Of a stretch of DNA of 32,000 nt, positions 22,461 to 30,398 are shown in pieces. The stretch's first letter is position 1, and the number at the start of each line of letters is the position of its first letter. The notes under the pieces were generated by a model. It worked only from the letters and a program-made list of their open reading frames with translations, ran no database searches and was not told where the DNA came from. The translations under genes and the position numbers were made by a program. The DNA is from Candidatus Pelagibacter sp. HTCC7211 (GTDB taxonomy: Bacteria > Pseudomonadota > Alphaproteobacteria > Pelagibacterales > Pelagibacteraceae): NCBI RefSeq assembly GCF_000155895.1, contig NZ_DS995298.1, positions 1,350,001 to 1,382,000 on the forward strand, read 5' to 3'.

Positions 22461-23564
22461 TTAATTAGTCGCTTTCTTTTTATTTAATTCTGGTAATGGA
22501 AGATATGGTACAACTCCTGATCCAGCATTTTTTTCAATAATTACTTTTTCAATATCAGCTAAAACTTTTTCCATTGTCTCTAGATACATTCTTTCTTGAG
22601 TTACTTCTTTTGCTTTTGCATACTCATCATAAATTGAGATAAATCTGCTAGCTTCACCTTCTGCTTTTGCAACCACTTGGTTTTTATAGGCTTCAGCTGC
22701 TTGTAAAATTTTTTGTGCTTCCCCTCTAGCTCTTGGGATCACATCATTTGCATATGCTTCAGCTTCGTTTTTTGACCTTTCCATATCCGCTCTTGCAGCT
22801 TGTACATCTCTAAATGCATCAATAACCTGATCTGGTGGATCAGCTTTTTGAGTTTGAACTTGTGTAACTTGAATACCACTTTGGTATTCATCTAAAATTG
22901 ATTGAATAATCTCTTGAGTTTCTAACTCTATTTTTGCTCTTCCTTCAGTTAAAATAGGCTGAATATCACTTTTAGCAATTACTTCCCTCATGGCTGTTTC
23001 TGCTGCAGCTTTTACAGTTCCTTCAGGGTCTTGAATTTCAAATAAAAATTTTCCTGCATCTTTAATTACCCAAAATACTGAAAAGTCGATGTTCACAATA
23101 TTTTCATCACCTGTTAGCATTAGACTTTCTTGTGGCACATCTGCAACTCCACCACCTGTAGAAAAACCACTTTCTCTCTCAGATCTAAAACCAATATCCA
23201 TTCTATTTACTTTTGTAACTTTTGGAGTTTCAACTGTCTCTACTGGAAACGGAATATGGTAGTTAAGTCCTGGTTGAGTTGTTTTTACAAATTTTCCAAA
23301 TCTTAAAACTACGCCCTGTTCATCTGGCAGCACTCTATATAATCCGCTTGCAAGCCACACAAAAAGTAAAATAAGCAAGATTAATCCAATTGGTTTTCCA
23401 CCTGATTTACTTCCTCCAGGTAAAAATTTATTAATTTTATTTTGAATATCTCTGATTATCGCATCTATGTCTGGTGGTTTTGGTCCTCTACCTGAACCAT
23501 TTCCTCCTCCACCTGGGGGTGATCCCCATGGACTTCCACCTCTTCCTTTAAAATCGTCTGACAT
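22461..23564 (-). CDS. hflK: FtsH protease modulator HflK (SPFH/band-7 family)
   Basis: 367-aa ORF with a Gly/Pro-rich N-terminus (GGSPWGSPPGGGGNGSG), a TM segment, an SPFH domain and a coiled-coil tail. Confidence 0.9.
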   Translation of the reverse strand: MSDDFKGRGGSPWGSPPGGGGNGSGRGPKPPDIDAIIRDIQNKINKFLPGGSKSGGKPIGLILLILLFVWLASGLYRVLPDEQGVVLRFGKFVKTTQPGLNYHIPFPVETVETPKVTKVNRMDIGFRSERESGFSTGGGVADVPQESLMLTGDENIVNIDFSVFWVIKDAGKFLFEIQDPEGTVKAAAETAMREVIAKSDIQPILTEGRAKIELETQEIIQSILDEYQSGIQVTQVQTQKADPPDQVIDAFRDVQAARADMERSKNEAEAYANDVIPRARGEAQKILQAAEAYKNQVVAKAEGEASRFISIYDEYAKAKEVTQERMYLETMEKVLADIEKVIIEKNAGSGVVPYLPLPELNKKKATN

Positions 23565-23613
23565 GCCAAAGTATATAGTGTCTTTATTGGAAAAAACAAG
23601 TAATGATAAAAAT

Positions 23614-24438
23614 ATGACTGATAAAAAGCCAGAACTAAGTGACGCAATGAAAAGTAAGCTGCAGCCTAAAAAATTTACTAAAAATCCAATACTAGGGACT
23701 AAATTTACAATAGCAATTTCAAGCGCAAAAGGAGGAGTTGGTAAATCTACATTTGCAACGAATCTTGCATTAGCTTTAAAACAAGTTGGTTGTAAAGTTG
23801 GATTATTGGATGCTGATATTTACGGACCATCGATTCCAAAAATGTTTGATATAAATGAAAAACCAAAAAGTGATGGTCAAAAACTTGATCCAATTACAAA
23901 ATATGAAATTCAATGTATGTCAATTGGATTTTTAGCTGATCAGCAAACTCCAATGATATGGCGTGGCCCAATGGTAACAAGTGCTATTAAAACTTTCACT
24001 CAAAAAGTGAACTGGAAAGATTTAGATTTTATTATTGTTGATATGCCTCCAGGAACTGGAGATACACAATTAACTTTTTCACAAGAAATTAAAATGGATG
24101 GAGCAATAATAGTCTCTACTCCTCAAGAAGTAGCTTTATTAGATGTTAAAAGAGGAATTAAAATGTTTGATAAACTTGGAGTAAAAATTTTAGGTTTAGT
24201 CGATAATATGAGTTTTTTTACTGGAGATGATGGTAAAAAATATAAAATTTTTGGTGAGGGTGGAGTAAAAAAAACAGCTGAAGAATTTCAAAAAGAATTT
24301 TTAGGTGAAATCCCCATCAACCCTGAAGTCGGAAAAAGTGGAGATAAAGGTAAGCCTATTGTAGAAGCTAATCCTGAACATGAAATTTCAAAAATTTATT
24401 TAGATTTTGCTAATAGAATTAAATCAACTTATCTTTAA
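23614..24438 (+). CDS. mrp: Mrp/ApbC/NBP35-family P-loop ATPase (Fe-S cluster carrier family), short form
   Basis: It carries the deviant Walker A motif [11 protein letters not shown], then [12 protein letters not shown] and [11 protein letters not shown] place the start at ATG 23614 (MTDKKPELS). The track start at 23467 runs antisense through hflK, and the ATG at 23563 would overlap the hflK ATG. Confidence 0.85.
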   Translation: MTDKKPELSDAMKSKLQPKKFTKNPILGTKFTIAISSAKGGVGKSTFATNLALALKQVGCKVGLLDADIYGPSIPKMFDINEKPKSDGQKLDPITKYEIQCMSIGFLADQQTPMIWRGPMVTSAIKTFTQKVNWKDLDFIIVDMPPGTGDTQLTFSQEIKMDGAIIVSTPQEVALLDVKRGIKMFDKLGVKILGLVDNMSFFTGDDGKKYKIFGEGGVKKTAEEFQKEFLGEIPINPEVGKSGDKGKPIVEANPEHEISKIYLDFANRIKSTYL

Positions 24439-25366
24439 AATCAAAAGCAATCATTAACTCATTCCACTCTCTTTTAGAAAGTCCTGAACTATCAACATCT
24501 ACATTTTCGCCTTTAATAAGTTTTTGAATAATTACTTTTCCTTTTGCAGAAACTTCCGTACCACCCACTCTATAATCCATAAATGCATCATAAGTAATTG
24601 GAACCCATTTTTTAACTGTATCAAACATTATGTCAGCATATACTCTTATCTCATACTGAGCGTGACTATCAGCTCTAAGTCTTAAAAAATTCATTAAATT
24701 TAATAGATCAGTTTTCCAGTACCACTGTGTATAAGTATTTAAAGTTAAATTCATTCTAGCAAGTTCTCTTGCTAAACCTTTTTTATTTTCATCAATTGTT
24801 GAACCATCAAATCTTTCATTCAACATTATTTCATAATTATCATATGATCTTTCGGCATCATTCTTTAAAAGCTCTAAAACCTCTTTAGCTTGTTCGCCTT
24901 CCAAAACATCTCCTCTACCTTGACGATTACTAGTTGATTGGGCTGCTAAATTATCAGCAGATGGTAGATAAAATTCTTTATCTAAAATTGAATATCTTGC
25001 GGAGTATTCATTTACGTTTGCAGTTCTGTGTCTAATCCATTGTCGTGCAATAAATATTGGTAATTTTATATGATATTTAATTTCACACATTTCAAATGGA
25101 GTGCTATGCCAATGTCTCATTAAGTATTTAATTAAACCTTTATCAGTAGACACTTGCTTAGTCCCTTTTCCGTAAGAAACTCTTGCAGATTGAACAATTG
25201 ATGTATCATCACCCATATAATCAATTACTCTTACAAATCCATGGTCTAAAGCTGGAATTGCCTCATAAAGTATATTTTCAAGTTCGGGGGCAGTAACTCT
25301 TTTAGTTTGATTGCTCTGAGACTGTTGATTTTTAATTTCTGCTGCTTGTTCTTTTGTTAATTTCAT
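24419..25366 (-). CDS. thyX: Flavin-dependent thymidylate synthase ThyX
   Basis: ThyX signature [15 protein letters not shown] place the start at ATG 25366 ([10 protein letters not shown]...). The 41 extra N-terminal codons in the track (to 25489) are antisense to the tmRNA acceptor piece. Confidence 0.9.
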   Translation of the reverse strand: MKLTKEQAAEIKNQQSQSNQTKRVTAPELENILYEAIPALDHGFVRVIDYMGDDTSIVQSARVSYGKGTKQVSTDKGLIKYLMRHWHSTPFEMCEIKYHIKLPIFIARQWIRHRTANVNEYSARYSILDKEFYLPSADNLAAQSTSNRQGRGDVLEGEQAKEVLELLKNDAERSYDNYEIMLNERFDGSTIDENKKGLARELARMNLTLNTYTQWYWKTDLLNLMNFLRLRADSHAQYEIRVYADIMFDTVKKWVPITYDAFMDYRVGGTEVSAKGKVIIQKLIKGENVDVDSSGLSKREWNELMIAFDFKDKLI

Positions 25367-25374
25367 GATTGTTA

Positions 25375-25402
25375 TTGAATCTATTGTAATTCCTTTTATA
25401 TT
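25375..25402 (+). promoter_or_regulatory. Putative ssrA (pre-tmRNA) promoter TTGAAT-N16-TATATT
   Basis: TTGAAT is at 25375-25380 and TATATT at 25397-25402. This predicts a transcript start near 25409, consistent with an acceptor piece of about 80 nt ending at CCA 25488. Hexamer match only. Confidence 0.3.
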
Positions 25403-25408
25403 AATAAT

Positions 25409-25668
25409 GTTGGTTTTCCAACTACGACGATAAACGAATTTCGTAATAACCATTGCGGACGTGGGGGCAGTACCCACCACCTCCACCACTACAACTTATG
25501 GGGGTGAACTAGATTCGACGGATGACTAAAGGCTATTCTTTCGTTCGGGATTGTTCCACCGTGACGGGCTAATTTATAATTGCTAACGAAAGTTACGCAC
25601 TTGCTGCCTAATTAACTTTGTTAATTAAGTAGACGGGGTCCGGGGCACCTGGCAACAGAACGCCCCTA
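25409..25668 (+). ncRNA. ssrA: Two-piece (circularly permuted) tmRNA. Acceptor piece about 25409-25488, linker 25489-25499, coding piece 25500 to about 25668. Outer ends are approximate.
   Basis: GGGGGTGAACTAGATTCGACGG (25500-25521) resembles the universal tmRNA 5' end. Its 7-bp acceptor partner CACCTCC + A + CCA (25478-25488) lies upstream and includes a G3:U70 wobble (25502/25482). The T-arm is 25461-65 / 25473-77. The tag frame GCT AAC GAA AGT TAC GCA CTT GCT GCC TAA (25582-25611) encodes ANESYALAA*, and the stop sits in the hairpin 25609-16 / 25620-27. Confidence 0.88.
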
Positions 25669-25674
25669 ATCAAT

Positions 25675-28332
25675 TTATTTTTTTAATTCTGCTTGTGCTG
25701 CAGCTAATCTTGCAATTGGAACTCTATAAGGCGAACAAGAAACATAATTTAATCCAGCATTAGAGCAAAATTCAATACTTTTTGGATCTCCACCATGTTC
25801 ACCACAAATTCCTAATTTAAGTTTTTTATTTTGGATTTTTCCTTTTTCAACTGCAATCTCAACTAAATCTGCAACACCTTCATCTATTGATACAAAGGGA
25901 TCAATTGAAAATATTTTATTTTCAATATAATCATTTAGAAATTTTCCACTATCATCTCTGCTAATACCAAATGTTGTTTGAGTTAAATCATTCGTTCCAA
26001 AGCTAAAAAATTCAGCATGTTTAGCAATTTCTTTTGCTTTAATAGCAGCTCTTGGTAATTCAATCATTGTTCCAACCATAAATTTAATTTTTACTTTGTG
26101 TTGTTTTTGGACTTCGCTAGCTACTTTAATTACTAAATCTTTCATAATCTTTATTTCTGCTTCTGTAGAAACTAAAGGAATCATTATTTCTGGAAAGGCT
26201 GACTTTATTTTTTTTTTTTGTAGTTCTGCTAAAGCTTCAAAAATAGCTCTGCACTGCATTTCATATATTTCTGGAAAAGATATACCAAGTCTACACCCTC
26301 TATGACCCAACATAGGATTTTGTTCATGCAGTTCCTCTATTCTAATTTCAATTTCCTTAACAGGTAAATTCACGACATTTGCAACTTCATTAATTTCTTT
26401 ATTTGTGCGAGGTAAAAATTCATGAAGTGGAGGGTCAAGTAATCTAACAGTTACTGGAAGTCTACTCATAATCTTAAATATTTCTATGAAATCTTTTTTC
26501 TGATGAGGTAAAAGTTTATTCAGTGCTATTGATCTATCCTCTATAGTTTTTGATAAAATCATTTCTCTCACAGATAAAATTCTTTCTTCATCAAAAAACA
26601 TATGCTCTGTTCTACATAGACCAATACCTTCTGCTCCAAAATCTTTAGCTGTTTTTGTATCCTTTGGAGTTTCAGAATTAGTTCTAATATTTAATTTTCT
26701 AAAATTATCAGCCCACATCATTAATTTTGAAAAATCTCCTGAAATTTCTGGTTTGACTGTTGCTACTCTTCCCTGAATAATTCTACCTGTTGAGCCATCA
26801 ATAGTAATAATTTCACCTTCTTTTATTTCCATTGATGAAGTTTTAAAACTTTTATTTTCATAATTGATATCAATTTCACTAGAACCTGAAACACACGGAC
26901 GCCCCATACCTCTTGCAACTACTGCTGCATGGCTTGTCATTCCTCCTCTTGCAGTTAAAATCCCTTTAGCCGCATGCATTCCTTGTATGTCTTCTGGAGA
27001 AGTTTCTACTCTTACTAAAATTGTGTCTTGCATGATTGCTGTTAATCTTTCGGCTTCCTCTGAGGAAAAAACTACTTTGCCGCTTGCTGCTCCAGGTGAT
27101 GCTGGTAATCCATTAGCAATAACATTTATTGAGTCTTTCTCATCTAATGTTGGATGAAGCAAAGTATCCAATGAATTAGGATCAATTCTTAAAACTGCCT
27201 CTTTTTTTGAAATTAATTTTTCTTTTACCATATCGACTGCTATCTTTACTGCTGACTTAGCAGTTCTTTTTCCTGATCTTGTTTGAAGCATCCACAATTT
27301 TTTATTCTCGACTGTAAATTCAACGTCTTGCATATCTTTATAATGCTTCTCTAACTTTTTTAAAATTTTATGAAGTTGTTTATATACAGTCGGCATTACT
27401 TCCTCCATCGAGAGAGCTTTTACTTTTGCTTTAATTCGTTCCTTTTTGGTTATGTATTGAGGGGTTCTTGTGCCAGCTACGACATCTTCTCCTTGTGCAT
27501 TGATTAAATATTCTCCATAGATTTCATTTAAACCATTTGAGGGATTTCTAGTGAAAACAACTCCTGTTGCACAGTCTTCTCCCATGTTTCCAAAAACCAT
27601 TGATTGAACATTAACTGCGGTTCCCCACTCAGCTGGAATTTGATTTAATTTTCTGTAAACTTTTGCTCTGTTACTTTCCCATGACAAAAATACTGCACTA
27701 ATTGCACCCAGTAATTGTTCATAAACATTTTGTGGAAAATCTTTTTTAGCTTTGTCTTTGACAGTTCTTTTAAAGTCTTTAATTAATCCATCCCAATCAC
27801 TCTCATCAAGGTCAGTATCTAAAAGCACACCTTTAGTAAGTTTATAATTTTCAATTAGTTCCTCAAAATGATAACCTTCAACTCCCATCACTACATTGCC
27901 ATACATTTGAATGAATCTTCTATAACTATCTTTAGCAAACCTACCATTTGAAGTTTTTAAAGCTAACGCATTTACAGTTTTGTCATTTAAGCCAAGGTTT
28001 AAAATTGTATCCATCATCCCAGGCATTGATACTCTGGCACCGGATCTCACAGATAAAAGTAATGGATTTTTTAAATCTCCAAATTTTTTTCCAACTTCTT
28101 TTTCAATTATTTGTAACTCTCTTTTTATCTGATTGATTAGATTTTGACTTAATCTTTTTTTATCTTTATAAAAAATTTCACAAACTTTTGTCGAAATTGT
28201 AAATCCAGGAGGCACTGGAAGGCCCATTTTGCCCATTTCAGAGAGGTTTGCTCCTTTGCCACCTAAAAAGTTTTTTGGATTTTTAATTTTTTTACTATCT
28301 TTAGATTTAAAATTTAAAATAAGTTTTTTCAT
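25675..28332 (-). CDS. ppdK: Pyruvate, phosphate dikinase
   Basis: 885-aa ORF with the phosphohistidine motif GGMTSHAAVVARGMG, a PEP-utilising C-terminal domain (GLCRTEHMF, FFSFGTNDLTQ) and an ATP-grasp N-terminus. Confidence 0.95.
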   Translation of the reverse strand: MKKLILNFKSKDSKKIKNPKNFLGGKGANLSEMGKMGLPVPPGFTISTKVCEIFYKDKKRLSQNLINQIKRELQIIEKEVGKKFGDLKNPLLLSVRSGARVSMPGMMDTILNLGLNDKTVNALALKTSNGRFAKDSYRRFIQMYGNVVMGVEGYHFEELIENYKLTKGVLLDTDLDESDWDGLIKDFKRTVKDKAKKDFPQNVYEQLLGAISAVFLSWESNRAKVYRKLNQIPAEWGTAVNVQSMVFGNMGEDCATGVVFTRNPSNGLNEIYGEYLINAQGEDVVAGTRTPQYITKKERIKAKVKALSMEEVMPTVYKQLHKILKKLEKHYKDMQDVEFTVENKKLWMLQTRSGKRTAKSAVKIAVDMVKEKLISKKEAVLRIDPNSLDTLLHPTLDEKDSINVIANGLPASPGAASGKVVFSSEEAERLTAIMQDTILVRVETSPEDIQGMHAAKGILTARGGMTSHAAVVARGMGRPCVSGSSEIDINYENKSFKTSSMEIKEGEIITIDGSTGRIIQGRVATVKPEISGDFSKLMMWADNFRKLNIRTNSETPKDTKTAKDFGAEGIGLCRTEHMFFDEERILSVREMILSKTIEDRSIALNKLLPHQKKDFIEIFKIMSRLPVTVRLLDPPLHEFLPRTNKEINEVANVVNLPVKEIEIRIEELHEQNPMLGHRGCRLGISFPEIYEMQCRAIFEALAELQKKKIKSAFPEIMIPLVSTEAEIKIMKDLVIKVASEVQKQHKVKIKFMVGTMIELPRAAIKAKEIAKHAEFFSFGTNDLTQTTFGISRDDSGKFLNDYIENKIFSIDPFVSIDEGVADLVEIAVEKGKIQNKKLKLGICGEHGGDPKSIEFCSNAGLNYVSCSPYRVPIARLAAAQAELKK

Positions 28333-30398
28333 TAGTGAGTATCGATTAGAGAAAAATTAACATAATTATCAAATGTTTTACATAACATTTGAATTAGTTC
28401 CAGTCTGTTTTTTTTTATAGTCGTATCCTCTTCATTTACTATGACATTGTCAAAAAAATCGAACACTACTTTTTTGGAGTCAGCTAAATAGGTTAAAGAT
28501 TTCTCAAAATTCTCATCTTTATTGATACTATTAAAATACTTACTTAATTCATTTATTTTTTTGAATAAGTTTTTTTCAAAATCTGTTTTAAAAATACCAG
28601 GATCAGTTGAATTTGATAGCTCAATTTTTTGATTTTTAATTTCACTTTCGATAATATTCGAAGCTCTCTTATAGCTTGAAATTAAATCTATTCCATTTGG
28701 TTTTCTAATAATTTTATTTAGGCACTTAGCCTTTCCAAAAATAACGACTATATGATCTAAATTAAAAGAATTTACTGACGCTTGAATTATATCATGACGA
28801 ATTTTTTCTTCTTTCATGAAAAACTTTAACCTTTCCATTAAAAATTCTGATAAATCTTTTTGTAAAAATTTATTTTGAAATTCAAAGCCTTGATCGACAT
28901 ATAAACTTGATGAATAACTTATTAAATCTCGAATTTTAAAATCTTTTTTATTTTGGGCAATTATTCTAATAATACCAAGTGCTAATCTTCTTAAAGCATA
29001 AGGATCTTTAGAACTAGTTGGCTTTTGATTTATCCCAAAAAAACCTACTAGCGTGTCTATTTTATCAGCTAATGATAATGCAATACTATATGGTTTTTTT
29101 GGTATTTTTGAGTCTGAACCTATTGGCAAGTATTGTTCGCTTATTGCAAGTGATACATCTTTTTCAAACCCTTGAGCCTCAGCAAAATAGCCTCCCATGA
29201 TACCTTGAAGTTCAGGAAATTCACCTACAAGCTCAGAGACTAAATCAACTTTACAAACTGAAGCTGATAATTCTACTTTTTCTTTACTTATCAATAATTC
29301 ATCTGATAGCATTCCTCCAAGTTTTCTCATACGTTGTACTTTATCAAAATATGTACCTAGTCCCTTAAAGTAATTCATTGATTTTAATTTTGAAACTTTT
29401 TTAACTAAATTATGAGATTTATCTTTAAACCAAAAAAACTCAGCATCACTTAATCTTGCTTCAACAACTCTTTCATTACCTAATTTAATAAATCCTTTTT
29501 TATCTTGTTTGTTTGTTACAACCAAAAATTCATTTGTAATATTTCCTTTGTTATCAAAAGTTGGGAAGTATTTTTGATGATTTTGCATGGTTATTATTAA
29601 AATTTCTTTTGGAATATTTAGAAATTTTCTATCAAATTCACAAAGTAATACATTAGGTTGATCTGTTAAATCTACTACCTCATCAAGTAGTCTAGTGTTT
29701 TTTTCAATTTTAATATTTTTTTTAGTTAAAATTTCGTTAAATTTTTTTTCAATCAAATTTTTTCTTAACTCTTGATTTATAATAATATTAAGTTTTTTAA
29801 AAAAGTTATTGTAATCTTTAAAGTTAGTAAAAATTTTTTTGTTTTCCTCAAATTCTTTGTCAATAAAAGTTGTGTTTGAAGAGCTTAAATGATGAAAATC
29901 AAAAATTAGTTTTTTTTTATCAAAAACAGCGAGTATTGACTTTAATGGTCTACCCCATTTTAAATTATAATTGCCCCATTTCATTGATTTTTTCCATTGA
30001 ATCTTTTCTAATGTTTTGGGTATAAATTCCTCTAATAATTCATATGTATTAAGTCTTTTTAATTTGGTTTTAAAAAAATAGAACTCTTTGTTATCTATTG
30101 TTTTTTTATAAAGATCGTTTTTAGAAATATTGTTTGATCTTATAAATCCTTCTAACGCTATTTCGGGAGCATTTATATTAGGCCCTTTTATTTCTTCAGA
30201 TTTTAAAACTACCTGTTTTTGCAGGCCCTCAAACAAAATTATCAATCTATTAGGTGTAGAAAAAGATGAGCCTTTTTTGAAAGAAATTAATCTATCATTG
30301 AAGAATTTATTAAAATTACCTAACAAATCTTCTCGTAGATTTTTTTGAAGAGATGAAGGTATTTCTTCACTAAATAACTCTAAGAAAAATTCTGACAT
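28332..30398 (-). CDS. glyS: Glycyl-tRNA synthetase beta subunit
   Basis: 688-aa ORF immediately downstream of glyQ with typical GlyS blocks (LELFSEEIPS, GGYFA.., DPYALRR). Confidence 0.93.
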   Translation of the reverse strand: MSEFFLELFSEEIPSSLQKNLREDLLGNFNKFFNDRLISFKKGSSFSTPNRLIILFEGLQKQVVLKSEEIKGPNINAPEIALEGFIRSNNISKNDLYKKTIDNKEFYFFKTKLKRLNTYELLEEFIPKTLEKIQWKKSMKWGNYNLKWGRPLKSILAVFDKKKLIFDFHHLSSSNTTFIDKEFEENKKIFTNFKDYNNFFKKLNIIINQELRKNLIEKKFNEILTKKNIKIEKNTRLLDEVVDLTDQPNVLLCEFDRKFLNIPKEILIITMQNHQKYFPTFDNKGNITNEFLVVTNKQDKKGFIKLGNERVVEARLSDAEFFWFKDKSHNLVKKVSKLKSMNYFKGLGTYFDKVQRMRKLGGMLSDELLISKEKVELSASVCKVDLVSELVGEFPELQGIMGGYFAEAQGFEKDVSLAISEQYLPIGSDSKIPKKPYSIALSLADKIDTLVGFFGINQKPTSSKDPYALRRLALGIIRIIAQNKKDFKIRDLISYSSSLYVDQGFEFQNKFLQKDLSEFLMERLKFFMKEEKIRHDIIQASVNSFNLDHIVVIFGKAKCLNKIIRKPNGIDLISSYKRASNIIESEIKNQKIELSNSTDPGIFKTDFEKNLFKKINELSKYFNSINKDENFEKSLTYLADSKKVVFDFFDNVIVNEEDTTIKKNRLELIQMLCKTFDNYVNFSLIDTH

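Noticed and set aside
23467-23613. N-terminal extension of the mrp ORF (MSGGFGPLPEPFPPPPGGDPHGLPP...)
   Set aside because: It is the antisense reading of the Gly-rich hflK N-terminus (GGC/GGT codons read as Pro/Gly on the other strand). It is low complexity and lies entirely inside hflK.
25642-25690. GGGGC...GCCCC hairpin (25642-46 / 25662-66) followed by a T-rich stretch, considered as an intrinsic terminator for ssrA and/or ppdK
   Set aside because: The loop is 15 nt, and the T-run starts about 9 nt after the stem, inside the ppdK 3' end. The G/C blocks are more plausibly the 3' pseudoknot or helix of the tmRNA coding piece. Left unresolved rather than called.
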